This document shows positions 10,401 through 19,193 of a stretch of DNA of 64,000 bases, piece by piece (positions within the stretch are counted from its first letter, which is position 1; the number at the start of each line of letters is the position of its first letter). A model generated the notes under the pieces. The model was given only the letters and a program-made list of their open reading frames with translations, had not been told where the DNA came from and searched no databases. The stretch covers positions 1 through 64,000 of IMG/VR virus record IMGVR_UViG_3300035145_001165. The stretch is one strand, 5' to 3'. A program made the position numbers and the translations under genes. Origin of the DNA: a virus.

Positions 10401-13400
10401 AATCTCAAAGCGTTGGTTGACAGTATCAACATCAGTGATGGTGTGCCAATAGCGTTGCATAATGTTGAATTCGATGCCACCAATGTCATAGACATAAGAC
10501 TCAGATTCGTTAGCAATCTCACCAGGGAGTACAGGATCTGCTCTGAAGGACGGACCCATAATGTATGGGAACGAAGGTTGCAGGTTATCATCTTCAGTGA
10601 TGAAGTATGCATATGTACCGTTCGGGTAGTCAGGAGTCACACAATAGCGACCGTTAATTCTATCAAGGTCACCAGTGATGATACGCTCACCCATATTAGA
10701 GTGGTTGTAGCAGAAGTAGAACAGCGATTGAGGTGCGTTAGATTGAGGCGTGTACTCAACACTTCTCTGTGTAGCAGTATCGAATCCAGCAATATATGCT
10801 GCATAGTCAACCTCAACACCCTCAAGTTTGTAGACAACACCAGATTGGAAGACAGCGTTAGCATCACCAACATCTTGTCCAGCAACGTGCCAACCTTGTG
10901 CAGTTGCCTCACCATATACTGAGAGCAGCATAGCGTGAGAGGTGTTAGAAGCATCACTCAGGTTGAAGATATACTTTCTACCCTTGCGGAAATTAAACGA
11001 AGGTTTCTCAACGGTACCAGATAATGTACCACCAGAGATGTAGTAACGACCACCGCTACCAGTTGCAGTAGCAGCTGCTGCCTGAACATTAAATGTGGTC
11101 TCTAATGCATCTTCGTCAGTGTTACCAGGATGCTCAAAGTCTTCAATGAATGATCCATAAGGATAGTTGAGGGTAACAGGACGGTTAGCAAACATATCAG
11201 GTGTTCTGCCAACCAACTTCATCAGATAACTAGGCTTCATTCTGATAACAGCAGAGCTGCTATTCATTTCACTGGAATATCCGTAAGGACCATAGATCGG
11301 ATAACCATCGAATGCAACACCAAGGATCTTAGAGTGACCATCAGCGTGACGCTTGTAATCACCCTGAATGTCGCTGTTCACAGTAATGCTGTGACCCATT
11401 CTCTCGTGATTAGTACAAACATAGTACATCGCATTAGGTGCATCAGTCGGAACAACAATCTGCACCGAACGTGTTGCTGCACTATCAAAAGAATTCACAT
11501 AGGTAACGGCATCAACCGCTGCACCATTAAGGCGATATGTGACATTAGTAGCATACTTAACACCACCGCCAAAAATGCCATCGTCAGTCGTACTAAGATA
11601 AATTGGGTGCCCATTATTGCTCGAATCGTCCTGATTGAAGATATAAGTGTTGCCTCTAGTAAATGTCAGTGCTGCACCTTCAGTGGCTGAAGGGAAACCA
11701 GGACCAGAAAGCAGGTAACCGTTAGCAGAACCAGTACCGAACCAAGGGTGAGCAGCAGTCTTAGCACCAACAGTAACTGTATATGTCAGTGTGCTGAATC
11801 CTAAGTCGAAGTAAGAACCAGACAGATAGTTGGAAGCAGCAATAGTTGTGGAATTATAAGCAGCAAGGAACTTACTGCTGTTGTATCCATAGATATTAGC
11901 ACTGCTCGGGAAACCACCAAAGGAATCTTCACCAACCAAGTTACCATTAGTAACAGTGTTGTATGTCCAACCAGGAGTAGGACCTTGCTCATTGCTGTAG
12001 TCATACAGGAATACGCCTGTAGTCGTCATACCGAACGGAGCAATCGAGCGGAGTGGTTTACTATCTGGAGTAGCATCAGCAAAGTTGGTACCACCTCTCC
12101 AGTTGATATTCTGGTTAAATGCCTGATCAACAATGCTGTTGGGGTTACCAGCAGTAATTGCAATCGAAGAAACAGCAGTTGCCTGAACACCACCAAACAC
12201 ATTCGGAGCACTAATGTTAACCGTAGGTGCGGCAGTGTAGTTTGTACCAGCGTCATCAATCGTCAGGGAGCTAACGTAACCATCCAGCACCGAGATGTTA
12301 GGAGATGCAGCAGCGCCAACACCACCGCCTCCAGAGAAGGTGATCGTTGCACTGGTGTATCCAACACCTTCATCGTCCATCGTGACACCAGACACAACAC
12401 CGATCTGTGTACCAATAGTAGCACCAGCAGCTGCAGGTTGCTCAAAAATCGGGTTTTGTGGTGGAGAGTTGCCTTCTACAATAGGATCACCATAGTATTC
12501 ATCACCCAAGATGTAAGGGAATGCAGGTTGATTAGAGTTATCAACCGTCATAAAGTAAGCGTAAGTACCACCAGGGAACTCAGGTGTCACACAGTAACGA
12601 CCATTTCTGCGATCAAGGTGACCAGTTCCCGCATATTCATAGTCTTCCACGAAAGAACCCAGAGGATATGCTGTCGTAGATGGTGCATAACCAACAGGTT
12701 CAGAAAGTGTAATCGTACCCGTCATTGCCTGAGCATTCTCAGACACATAGTAGTAGGTACCTGCCGCAGCAGTTGTTGTGTTCCACAGAATAGTAGCGTT
12801 GTAACTACCATTGTTCGTCACAGAAGCAACAACCTGAGTCGGGTTGTAAGGAGCAGGAACAGTCTGGATCCACATCGGGTGGGTCACAGTTGTACCACCA
12901 CCGCCACCAGCAGCTTGGATAGTGATCGTGCCGACCATACCAGAGTGGAACTGACACTGGTAGTAGTAAGTACCAGCGGATCCAATTCCAGGTGTCCAGG
13001 AAACAGTACCAGACTCAGTACCTTGGTTAGTAACACCAGAGATCTGGTTGCCAGTACCAGTACCAGCAGAAGTCTTCAGGTAGAACGGGTGACCAGATGC
13101 AGACACCGTGAAGTTGATAGTATCACCTTCGTAGAATGTCAATGCAGGATCGTTACCACTGACGTTACCAGATCTGTCGGAACCAGAAACAGAATAATCA
13201 CTGAAACTAGGTGCAGTAACAACTAAGTTGTAGGTTTGTGGTGTGCTACCACCGCCACCACCAGTGGTGTAAGAAGCATTAACGTTAAGCACAAGGTTGT
13301 CACCGACGTTAGCAGCAATTGCAACGTCAGTACCTGTTGATTGTCCCGTGAAATCATAGTCCAGCGAATCATCTGCAGTGACAGACCAGTTGTAAGTAGA

Positions 13401-16400
13401 TCCACTATACTGCTGACCATCACGCTGTGTCTTCACATTCCAGGAAGACTGCATTCTGCTCAACGTGGTCGGAGATGCAGGGTTATTGTAACCAATAGGA
13501 CCGTAGATCGGATAACCATCATATGCATAACCAATCACAGGAGAGTGAACTGTTCCGTTCGTGATGTCATCACCAGTGTGGGATGGCAGCGCAGCAGTGT
13601 TAGCAGTGGTGGTAACAGAAGCACCGTTGCCGTAACCACTGTACAGCGAACAGTAGTAGAACAGGTTAGGAGTATTAGGTTGGAGTTGCAGGTAGAGACC
13701 TGTGCCAGATTGACCGTCTCCAGGTGTGCCCTGATAGCGGGTGCCAATCTCATACTCTACACCACCCTGAATGTGTACACCATCATTAGTTTCCGAAACA
13801 CGGAAAGGATAACCTGTGTTGGTAGAGTCGGACTGATCAAAGTAATAAGTATTGCCTTCAGTCAGAACAAGGTTAGGTGTAATACCACCATTCAGATAAT
13901 ACTTGTTACCAGATCCAGGATTTGAAACTGTAACAGTATAAGTTGTGGTAGATCCCTTCCAAGTATTGAGGAGGAAGTTGTTGTTAGTGTAGTAGTATGC
14001 ACCATTGCTATCAACGATGCCACCACCATTGTCAGCACCAAACTTGGCACTATTAAAGATTTTGTTGAAAGTATAACCATCAGGGCAACCAGTGCCATCA
14101 GGTAGATCTGTATTCAGACCGTGAGAATAGTGACGCAGTTGAACACCATTCAATGCAACACCAATGCTAGTAGCAGCAGTGGTTGAAACGTGCGGATCAT
14201 CAGCAATGTTTCTACCACCTCTGTATGTAAAGGTGTGGTTGTAAGACTGACCAGTAATACTGTTGCTGTTGTTAGCGTTCGGGAAAGAACCATACAGAGC
14301 AGGTTGTGGCAGGTTGTCTGCAGTAACAACCAGTGCTCTTGTAACAACGTTCAGCGAAGATGTAGTGGTAGATCCACCACCAGACACGAAAGAAGCGTCA
14401 GGAGCGTGAACTGTGTTACCCTGGTTTGCAGGAGCAGAAGGTGCGATCGTAACAGTAGGTGCTTCAGAGTAACCACTACCAGCGTTTGTGATAGTAATGC
14501 TAGTGATCTCACCATCAACCACAACTGCTTGTGCTGCAGCACTAGAACCGCCACCACCAGAGAATGCAATCGTAGGCAGGTTAAACGGATTGTAACCAGA
14601 ACCACCGTTGGTAACTGTGATACTTTCAATACCACCACCAGTCAGTGAGATAGTAGCAGTTGCTGCAGCGCCAGAACCATCACCAGTGATAATCACGTCA
14701 GGAGCAGAGGTGTAACCAGAACCAGGCTGGTCAATATTGATGCTAGTGATGTTACCACCAGTCAGTGTGATACCTGCTGTTGCAGCAGCGCCAGCGCCAC
14801 CACCACCAGTAAATGAAACTGTAGGTACGCTAGTATAACCAGAACCTTGGTTCTGAATCGTCAGGTTGTTAACATAACCTGTAGTACCACCAGAGGGGAA
14901 CACACCATAGTCACCAGGCGCAGGGTGGTTATCGGAAACAATGTTTAGCAGACCACCTGCAATGTAGTATGCAGCAGTCGGGGATTCTGCACTAGAAACC
15001 CAAACGTCGGTAACAACATCAACAGCAGGGATTGCCTCAGGAACGCGAATCTGAATTCTGTCGCCAATTTGAGGATCAAATCTTGCATATTCTGTTCCCA
15101 AAGTGAAAGAGATAACGTTAGATGCAGCACCTGTACCAATCTTGGTATTGATACCATCAAAAGTAATCTCATCAATGTCGTCAACAGGATACACATTGAC
15201 ACTACCGCCACCATATTCTTCACCAACGGGGACGCCATCACGCTCATAATCCCAAACAATATTCCGACGGAGCCACTCTTTAGCGAGTTTAGGCACAGAC
15301 TTACCACCGTAAGTAACTCTGTTCTGATAATTCATTCTGCCCAGATACTGAGCAACAACACCAGCAGTCAGTGGACCAGAGAACGATGTACCTCTAATCA
15401 GAGCATAGTAAGTGCTACCAACAGAGTTGTAAAGAGTGTTGGTGTTCCAGTAATAATGCGGGCAGTAGATAGATTCTCCAGGTGCACTAGTAGTCACACC
15501 TGAGCCATAGTTAGAGAACTTGGAGAAGGTATTGATGAAACCCGTCGCACCGACAGAGATCTTGTCACTAATACCCTCCATATTATATCTGTAGTCCTGA
15601 GGACCAGCAGTACGAGGACCAGGGTGGAACTTTGCCTGATAACCACCATATCTGGTGTTGTAACCGAAACCGTTACCAGCGGAGCGCACATAAACAATGC
15701 CAGAATCACTGACAAGATTCTCATAGTCATCCATAGCAGTGTCTGCTTCATAAGCACCACTATCGAATCCAGGTTCGTTCTGAGGAACATAAGGGAACAC
15801 CTCAGAAGGAATAGCACTCACACCCAGTGATGCGTTCACAACAGCAGGTCTGTTGTTACCCTTCCAATCAGGATGACTCGGATCATTGTGATTAATGATC
15901 GCCAACATTGCGAACACATAGGTAGACAAAGCACCACTGCCCTGACTATTCTGCACTTTCAGTGCATAAATTCTTGCTTTACGAGCGAGACCGTGCTGCA
16001 AACCAGCAGCCATAATGGCACACTCTGTACCGTGACCATTGTCATCTTCGTTTGAGTTTGCTTCACCATTAACAGTATAACCAGAGTTATACCCAGGAAC
16101 CTCATAAACTCTATATTCGTTCTGATTAGTAAGATCGTTCAGATCACCTGCATAATCAGGGTGGAACAATTCAGGGTGAAGGTTAGCACCTGTTGCAGAT
16201 GTAGGACGTGATGCACCACGGACACCAGAGTCGATGATGTAAATATCAACACCATCACCTTCCTCGGTGTAAGAATAGAGACCGTAGTCCAAACCATTCT
16301 GCCCTTGCGTCAGACGTGAGAGGTACCACTTAGAGAACATCGTCACCTTACCAGAATCGGTAGATGCGACTGCTTCGTTATTTAGAATACCGACTTTAGA

Positions 16401-17147
16401 AGTTTCTCTAGCGTAGTAATAGAGCTGCTTCGGAGTCGTCTGACTCATCGTCAGTTCTATCCGCGCCCCAGCAGTACCAGGAGTACCAATACGAGACACA
16501 CCAACAACGTATTCAGTGCCTCCGTTGTGAGTTCCATCTGGGGTCTCCGAGAATGCCAGGGTGTAGTTGAAGAGAGACGCCGATGAACAATCAATGTTCA
16601 AGACGTGTCCTGGCATTATATAATTGATTTCAGGGTTCTGAAAAGACCCATTGATATAAAACTTAGGACCGTAAGATGTATTTGTTACAGTCAGGGTAAC
16701 ACCGTACTGTGTACCAGCACCAACGGTGTAGGGAATAACGTTACCGTAATCAAGGGGTTTAATTTGCTGTGCGAGACTTTCGGTAGTATCTCCTTCAGCG
16801 ACTAGGGATGCAGCAATATCATTTCTATTTTGCAGGGTAGATGTAGGAGGATTGTTTGCCAGATCCTCCAGAACTTCCTCGGGGCAGAACTGCACACCAC
16901 CTTGTTCCTGACCTGCAGGATCAATAGTGATCTCTCTATCCCAGATAGCACCAATAACCTCAGGGAAATCATCACTCTTCAAAATAGTGATGAAATTATC
17001 ATCTTTGCTTGCAAAATCAAGCATCACTGTCTTGAGTCTACTCAAGTCGTGAACATTCTGTAGTGAGGTAAAACGCTGTTTTGCTCTCTCGATTACAGCG
17101 TGTGCTTGATTTTCTTTAGAAATCCTTGCAATAATTCTATTGCTCAT
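7431..17147 (-). CDS. Giant (3238 aa) virion structural protein with an S8 subtilase, two YHYH-type domains and cupredoxin-like modules
   Basis: S8 motifs IIDSG, HGT, SAGN and GTSFSGP. Two DGYPIYGP...LDRxNGRYCVTP units. C-x2-H-x2-M modules and GSGY stalk repeats. Confidence 0.8.
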   Translation of the reverse strand: MSNRIIARISKENQAHAVIERAKQRFTSLQNVHDLSRLKTVMLDFASKDDNFITILKSDDFPEVIGAIWDREITIDPAGQEQGGVQFCPEEVLEDLANNPPTSTLQNRNDIAASLVAEGDTTESLAQQIKPLDYGNVIPYTVGAGTQYGVTLTVTNTSYGPKFYINGSFQNPEINYIMPGHVLNIDCSSASLFNYTLAFSETPDGTHNGGTEYVVGVSRIGTPGTAGARIELTMSQTTPKQLYYYARETSKVGILNNEAVASTDSGKVTMFSKWYLSRLTQGQNGLDYGLYSYTEEGDGVDIYIIDSGVRGASRPTSATGANLHPELFHPDYAGDLNDLTNQNEYRVYEVPGYNSGYTVNGEANSNEDDNGHGTECAIMAAGLQHGLARKARIYALKVQNSQGSGALSTYVFAMLAIINHNDPSHPDWKGNNRPAVVNASLGVSAIPSEVFPYVPQNEPGFDSGAYEADTAMDDYENLVSDSGIVYVRSAGNGFGYNTRYGGYQAKFHPGPRTAGPQDYRYNMEGISDKISVGATGFINTFSKFSNYGSGVTTSAPGESIYCPHYYWNTNTLYNSVGSTYYALIRGTSFSGPLTAGVVAQYLGRMNYQNRVTYGGKSVPKLAKEWLRRNIVWDYERDGVPVGEEYGGGSVNVYPVDDIDEITFDGINTKIGTGAASNVISFTLGTEYARFDPQIGDRIQIRVPEAIPAVDVVTDVWVSSAESPTAAYYIAGGLLNIVSDNHPAPGDYGVFPSGGTTGYVNNLTIQNQGSGYTSVPTVSFTGGGGAGAAATAGITLTGGNITSINIDQPGSGYTSAPDVIITGDGSGAAATATISLTGGGIESITVTNGGSGYNPFNLPTIAFSGGGGSSAAAQAVVVDGEITSITITNAGSGYSEAPTVTIAPSAPANQGNTVHAPDASFVSGGGSTTTSSLNVVTRALVVTADNLPQPALYGSFPNANNSNSITGQSYNHTFTYRGGRNIADDPHVSTTAATSIGVALNGVQLRHYSHGLNTDLPDGTGCPDGYTFNKIFNSAKFGADNGGGIVDSNGAYYYTNNNFLLNTWKGSTTTYTVTVSNPGSGNKYYLNGGITPNLVLTEGNTYYFDQSDSTNTGYPFRVSETNDGVHIQGGVEYEIGTRYQGTPGDGQSGTGLYLQLQPNTPNLFYYCSLYSGYGNGASVTTTANTAALPSHTGDDITNGTVHSPVIGYAYDGYPIYGPIGYNNPASPTTLSRMQSSWNVKTQRDGQQYSGSTYNWSVTADDSLDYDFTGQSTGTDVAIAANVGDNLVLNVNASYTTGGGGGSTPQTYNLVVTAPSFSDYSVSGSDRSGNVSGNDPALTFYEGDTINFTVSASGHPFYLKTSAGTGTGNQISGVTNQGTESGTVSWTPGIGSAGTYYYQCQFHSGMVGTITIQAAGGGGGTTVTHPMWIQTVPAPYNPTQVVASVTNNGSYNATILWNTTTAAAGTYYYVSENAQAMTGTITLSEPVGYAPSTTAYPLGSFVEDYEYAGTGHLDRRNGRYCVTPEFPGGTYAYFMTVDNSNQPAFPYILGDEYYGDPIVEGNSPPQNPIFEQPAAAGATIGTQIGVVSGVTMDDEGVGYTSATITFSGGGGVGAAASPNISVLDGYVSSLTIDDAGTNYTAAPTVNISAPNVFGGVQATAVSSIAITAGNPNSIVDQAFNQNINWRGGTNFADATPDSKPLRSIAPFGMTTTGVFLYDYSNEQGPTPGWTYNTVTNGNLVGEDSFGGFPSSANIYGYNSSKFLAAYNSTTIAASNYLSGSYFDLGFSTLTYTVTVGAKTAAHPWFGTGSANGYLLSGPGFPSATEGAALTFTRGNTYIFNQDDSSNNGHPIYLSTTDDGIFGGGVKYATNVTYRLNGAAVDAVTYVNSFDSAATRSVQIVVPTDAPNAMYYVCTNHERMGHSITVNSDIQGDYKRHADGHSKILGVAFDGYPIYGPYGYSSEMNSSSAVIRMKPSYLMKLVGRTPDMFANRPVTLNYPYGSFIEDFEHPGNTDEDALETTFNVQAAAATATGSGGRYYISGGTLSGTVEKPSFNFRKGRKYIFNLSDASNTSHAMLLSVYGEATAQGWHVAGQDVGDANAVFQSGVVYKLEGVEVDYAAYIAGFDTATQRSVEYTPQSNAPQSLFYFCYNHSNMGERIITGDLDRINGRYCVTPDYPNGTYAYFITEDDNLQPSFPYIMGPSFRADPVLPGEIANESESYVYDIGGIEFNIMQRYWHTITDVDTVNQRFEIEPNAAQFTAAFSEEGGNYLKVSNLRGTHQDNDGVQKWMDINPVGHKLYFQTEAQEDAGQGQGTEIMNLPVDRGVDGGVMRGVVSPYINLLTTWYTAAGPLGTYNIGDTVNLQLGVSFLRTYANESIFARDYTLTGDSIDGTGLVFDTELGTLSGVLINNTTLDLTLTVEENISGQTQTYTIQLTNTTTTTQDITVIAQPVSRNIDYAAVTKKDGQPQDDDVWARQDWQAREMFYKIFQLWVNQTAYENSDFDYLPFWQVYGDKGDGNGFLWYNLNEYSTGLATPGNSCMLEEGDWFSNNVENRDEIYSYMERYEDVAERELTGCYLVVNKWWKYANAFFRCKLRFRRTFNLVASGNDYAVVVNQSGSTVYTAPKGATYRFDISDSSWTGKNLEIRESATGSALASNIVRRYGTPGTPGAWVDVIILETHVGDIIYFGQEGGSSFATQHIDFDSVYNAVISNSVQLTVSNLPALPAQPLLNMSSGATAITASTYSVITEYGGLTHFPNTLPYQSSNKSPKAGRYPVNLSCTDQNIQYNWYKKLYDYNTSTGVKSYNWDTIENTFSTYVPLNSPHYRSRRDFGNVQNAYLPSCVQDGVSSYIENYISFDEEFPLRVNYGGNQIEIPIGSSSQLLPPLDNNGSVIRVTDLPCKGIPNGENDPYSFQLTISNGAAVSSVSNEISVIANPPELGMWWYEYDNGWSGTVSNGYLRHDQGFVDTTLTCGDYFGNVFIRSFVIDVGPEPLSALPYIDINTLQIQDYYKGAQNLTITNNGTQDVTCSYTIDAGQFTWRLRLINEFPYMETVNGGNRTVYTLNNPAHANGPTIVNTGDFNTYSGQLATATGLLRECPFRGDTNVNLPVDFTVKNDIQPAIFPARGTQKVYTLWVELVESPFDLVDLINLVAVADPCQDHTYDFAYTSNGACITPSNDYFCNFIKPLRDRGHEEQPIIGMEGVAQIKVTDGISPRTLDFQIPAPFPILFSYLGDCNPTCA

Positions 17148-17192
17148 TACCCGAAATGAATACAGTACTTTCCCTGAAGGTTATTTATCAGA

Positions 17193-17879
17193 TTACAGTT
17201 CTGCTTTGCTTCGTATCAGGTACATATGTTCCTCGTCAACGAACTTCTGCAGTTGCCACGCTGACCCTCCGTGTTGCAAATCTTCCCGAGAAAATTTTTC
17301 CGATAATTCTCTATTCATAAGGCGATTTCTGCCAAATGCTTCACGGTCACTAATGTTACGGAACATCGACTGGTGCCACATCAGTGCAACATCTCTTACA
17401 CCATCAGTAACTTCAGTAACTTTATGTCGCAACCCTGTAGGATAACTAAATGCCCATCCAGCAGGTAACTTAACAGACAAAATTTCTGTACCAAGTTCTA
17501 TCAGCAGTTCCCCACCTTCATAGTCATCAGGATTACTAAGAAAGATAGTTGTACTGACATCAGAGCGAAGTTTTTCATCGCCTCCCATTAATGTCGCATC
17601 GCAATGCCAATCGTAATGATGTCCTGGCAGATAGCGTGCAAATATAGGTAACGTCTGTCTGACTGGTGTTGTGAAATTCATCACCACGTGGTTTTCTTCC
17701 CACGAAGGTTTGATGAGATCCCACGCATTATAAGAGTTAGGATAATCCATCTGAAGATTACTCTTCAGATTTTTATCTGGGGATCCTGTGTCAGATCCAT
17801 CTATCCAATCACAAAAATCATAAAAGTTACCGACGTGCTTTAGTTGTACTTCACTCAAAAGTTCATAACGATAAAGCAT
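17193..17879 (-). CDS. PKHD-type 2OG-Fe(II) hydroxylase (PiuC/YbiX-like)
   Basis: YDWHCD, RSDVSTTIFLS, YEGGEL and HKVTEVTDGVR motifs. Confidence 0.85.
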   Translation of the reverse strand: MLYRYELLSEVQLKHVGNFYDFCDWIDGSDTGSPDKNLKSNLQMDYPNSYNAWDLIKPSWEENHVVMNFTTPVRQTLPIFARYLPGHHYDWHCDATLMGGDEKLRSDVSTTIFLSNPDDYEGGELLIELGTEILSVKLPAGWAFSYPTGLRHKVTEVTDGVRDVALMWHQSMFRNISDREAFGRNRLMNRELSEKFSREDLQHGGSAWQLQKFVDEEHMYLIRSKAEL

Positions 17880-17881
17880 AA

Positions 17882-18538
17882 TTATTCAGGTTTAGTTGGC
17901 CAACCAGTAAAGTTATCGGGGTTATAAGGATCTGCCTGTTGCCCAGGAAGATCTCTAAGTGCTTGACGATATGTTGCCCACTCTGTTTTCTTTTCAGCGG
18001 TGAGGGGCGAATCAGGAAGTTGTGTCCAATCACTATCAATCAGTTTTTGGTTCCTGAAAGATTTCAATGTTGCCAAATTAGCAGGAACATTTGTGTCACC
18101 AACAAATTGTGACTCAGCAACAATGTTTGCTGCTTGCTCTGCGGCATCATCTCTCCACTGCTGGAAAGATTCTTCCAGTTTTGATTTCAGACCATTATAA
18201 ACCTTGGTTGCTTCAATTGCAGCAGGACCACCATTGTTAGGAGTTCTATTGTAATTGTTAGGAATATCACCAGTCATATCTGTCTGCTCAGTGATGTAGT
18301 GAGCAGGGAAATCTAATCCATCTCCATCACTAAACGGTTTCCAGTAATAGAACCAGTCCAAGTTATCTACACCAGGAACGTGCCACGTACCAGTGATCAG
18401 AGGAAGAACCAGGGATTCCCACTCATCATTACTCAAGACAAACTGAAGAATTCCATTGCCTTCCAGCAAGAAACCTCCGACTTTCTTTTGTTGTACGGAA
18501 ATTACAAGATCCGCTCTACTGAAATCTCGTGCTGCCAT
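17882..18538 (-). CDS. Phage tail-fibre assembly chaperone
   Basis: C-terminal RNQKLIDSDWTQLPDSP...WATYRQALRDLP...WPTKP motif. Confidence 0.8.
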   Translation of the reverse strand: MAARDFSRADLVISVQQKKVGGFLLEGNGILQFVLSNDEWESLVLPLITGTWHVPGVDNLDWFYYWKPFSDGDGLDFPAHYITEQTDMTGDIPNNYNRTPNNGGPAAIEATKVYNGLKSKLEESFQQWRDDAAEQAANIVAESQFVGDTNVPANLATLKSFRNQKLIDSDWTQLPDSPLTAEKKTEWATYRQALRDLPGQQADPYNPDNFTGWPTKPE

Positions 18539-18539
18539 T

Positions 18540-19187
18540 TTAACTATTGAGAAGATACCACCCAGTCAAGATATATTTATCGCCTTTAAGAACTAGGTTC
18601 CCTTTATGGACGTGAGTATATCCTGCTGGCCAAATAACAAGGGTTCCTTGGTTTGCTTTAATGCGACGCTTCTGGTGCAGAAACTCAGTTTCACCACCTT
18701 CATAATCATCATTCAAATAAATCGCCCACACCAGAACCCTAGAAGAATGATCTAGACCCATCGCTTCATAATGAAACTGATGATAACCACCACCTTCAGG
18801 GGTGTGTTGCATCTTAATAGATGTACTGATCAGACCCTGACCACGAAGTTGACCATACTCAAAAATATAATGTTCTAAAGCAGACTGAATATATTGATGT
18901 GCTATCTTAGTAAGTTCGTGGTTATTATGGTTCAGAAGAATCTGATTATCATTCCTACCAAGAGAACCATTATGGAACTGAAATCTACCATCACCAACAT
19001 TATCTTGAATGTCGGGAGAGTGTAAGGAATACTGATCCTTCAGTGTTCCCATCCAATCAGTAAATTGCTTACATACAGCGGCTGGCATAAGTCCATCCCA
19101 GACGCCTATAAAATCTTTAAATTCAACATTAGTAATGTTTTCGTCCAACATCAGTTCGATGGGACGAATAGGGGGTACACCTTCCAT
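18540..19187 (-). CDS. 2OG-Fe(II) oxygenase (prolyl-4-hydroxylase-like)
   Basis: GGYHQFHYE, YLNDDYEGGETEF, THVHKG and KYILTGW motifs. Confidence 0.85.
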   Translation of the reverse strand: MEGVPPIRPIELMLDENITNVEFKDFIGVWDGLMPAAVCKQFTDWMGTLKDQYSLHSPDIQDNVGDGRFQFHNGSLGRNDNQILLNHNNHELTKIAHQYIQSALEHYIFEYGQLRGQGLISTSIKMQHTPEGGGYHQFHYEAMGLDHSSRVLVWAIYLNDDYEGGETEFLHQKRRIKANQGTLVIWPAGYTHVHKGNLVLKGDKYILTGWYLLNS

Positions 19188-19193
19188 AATTAA

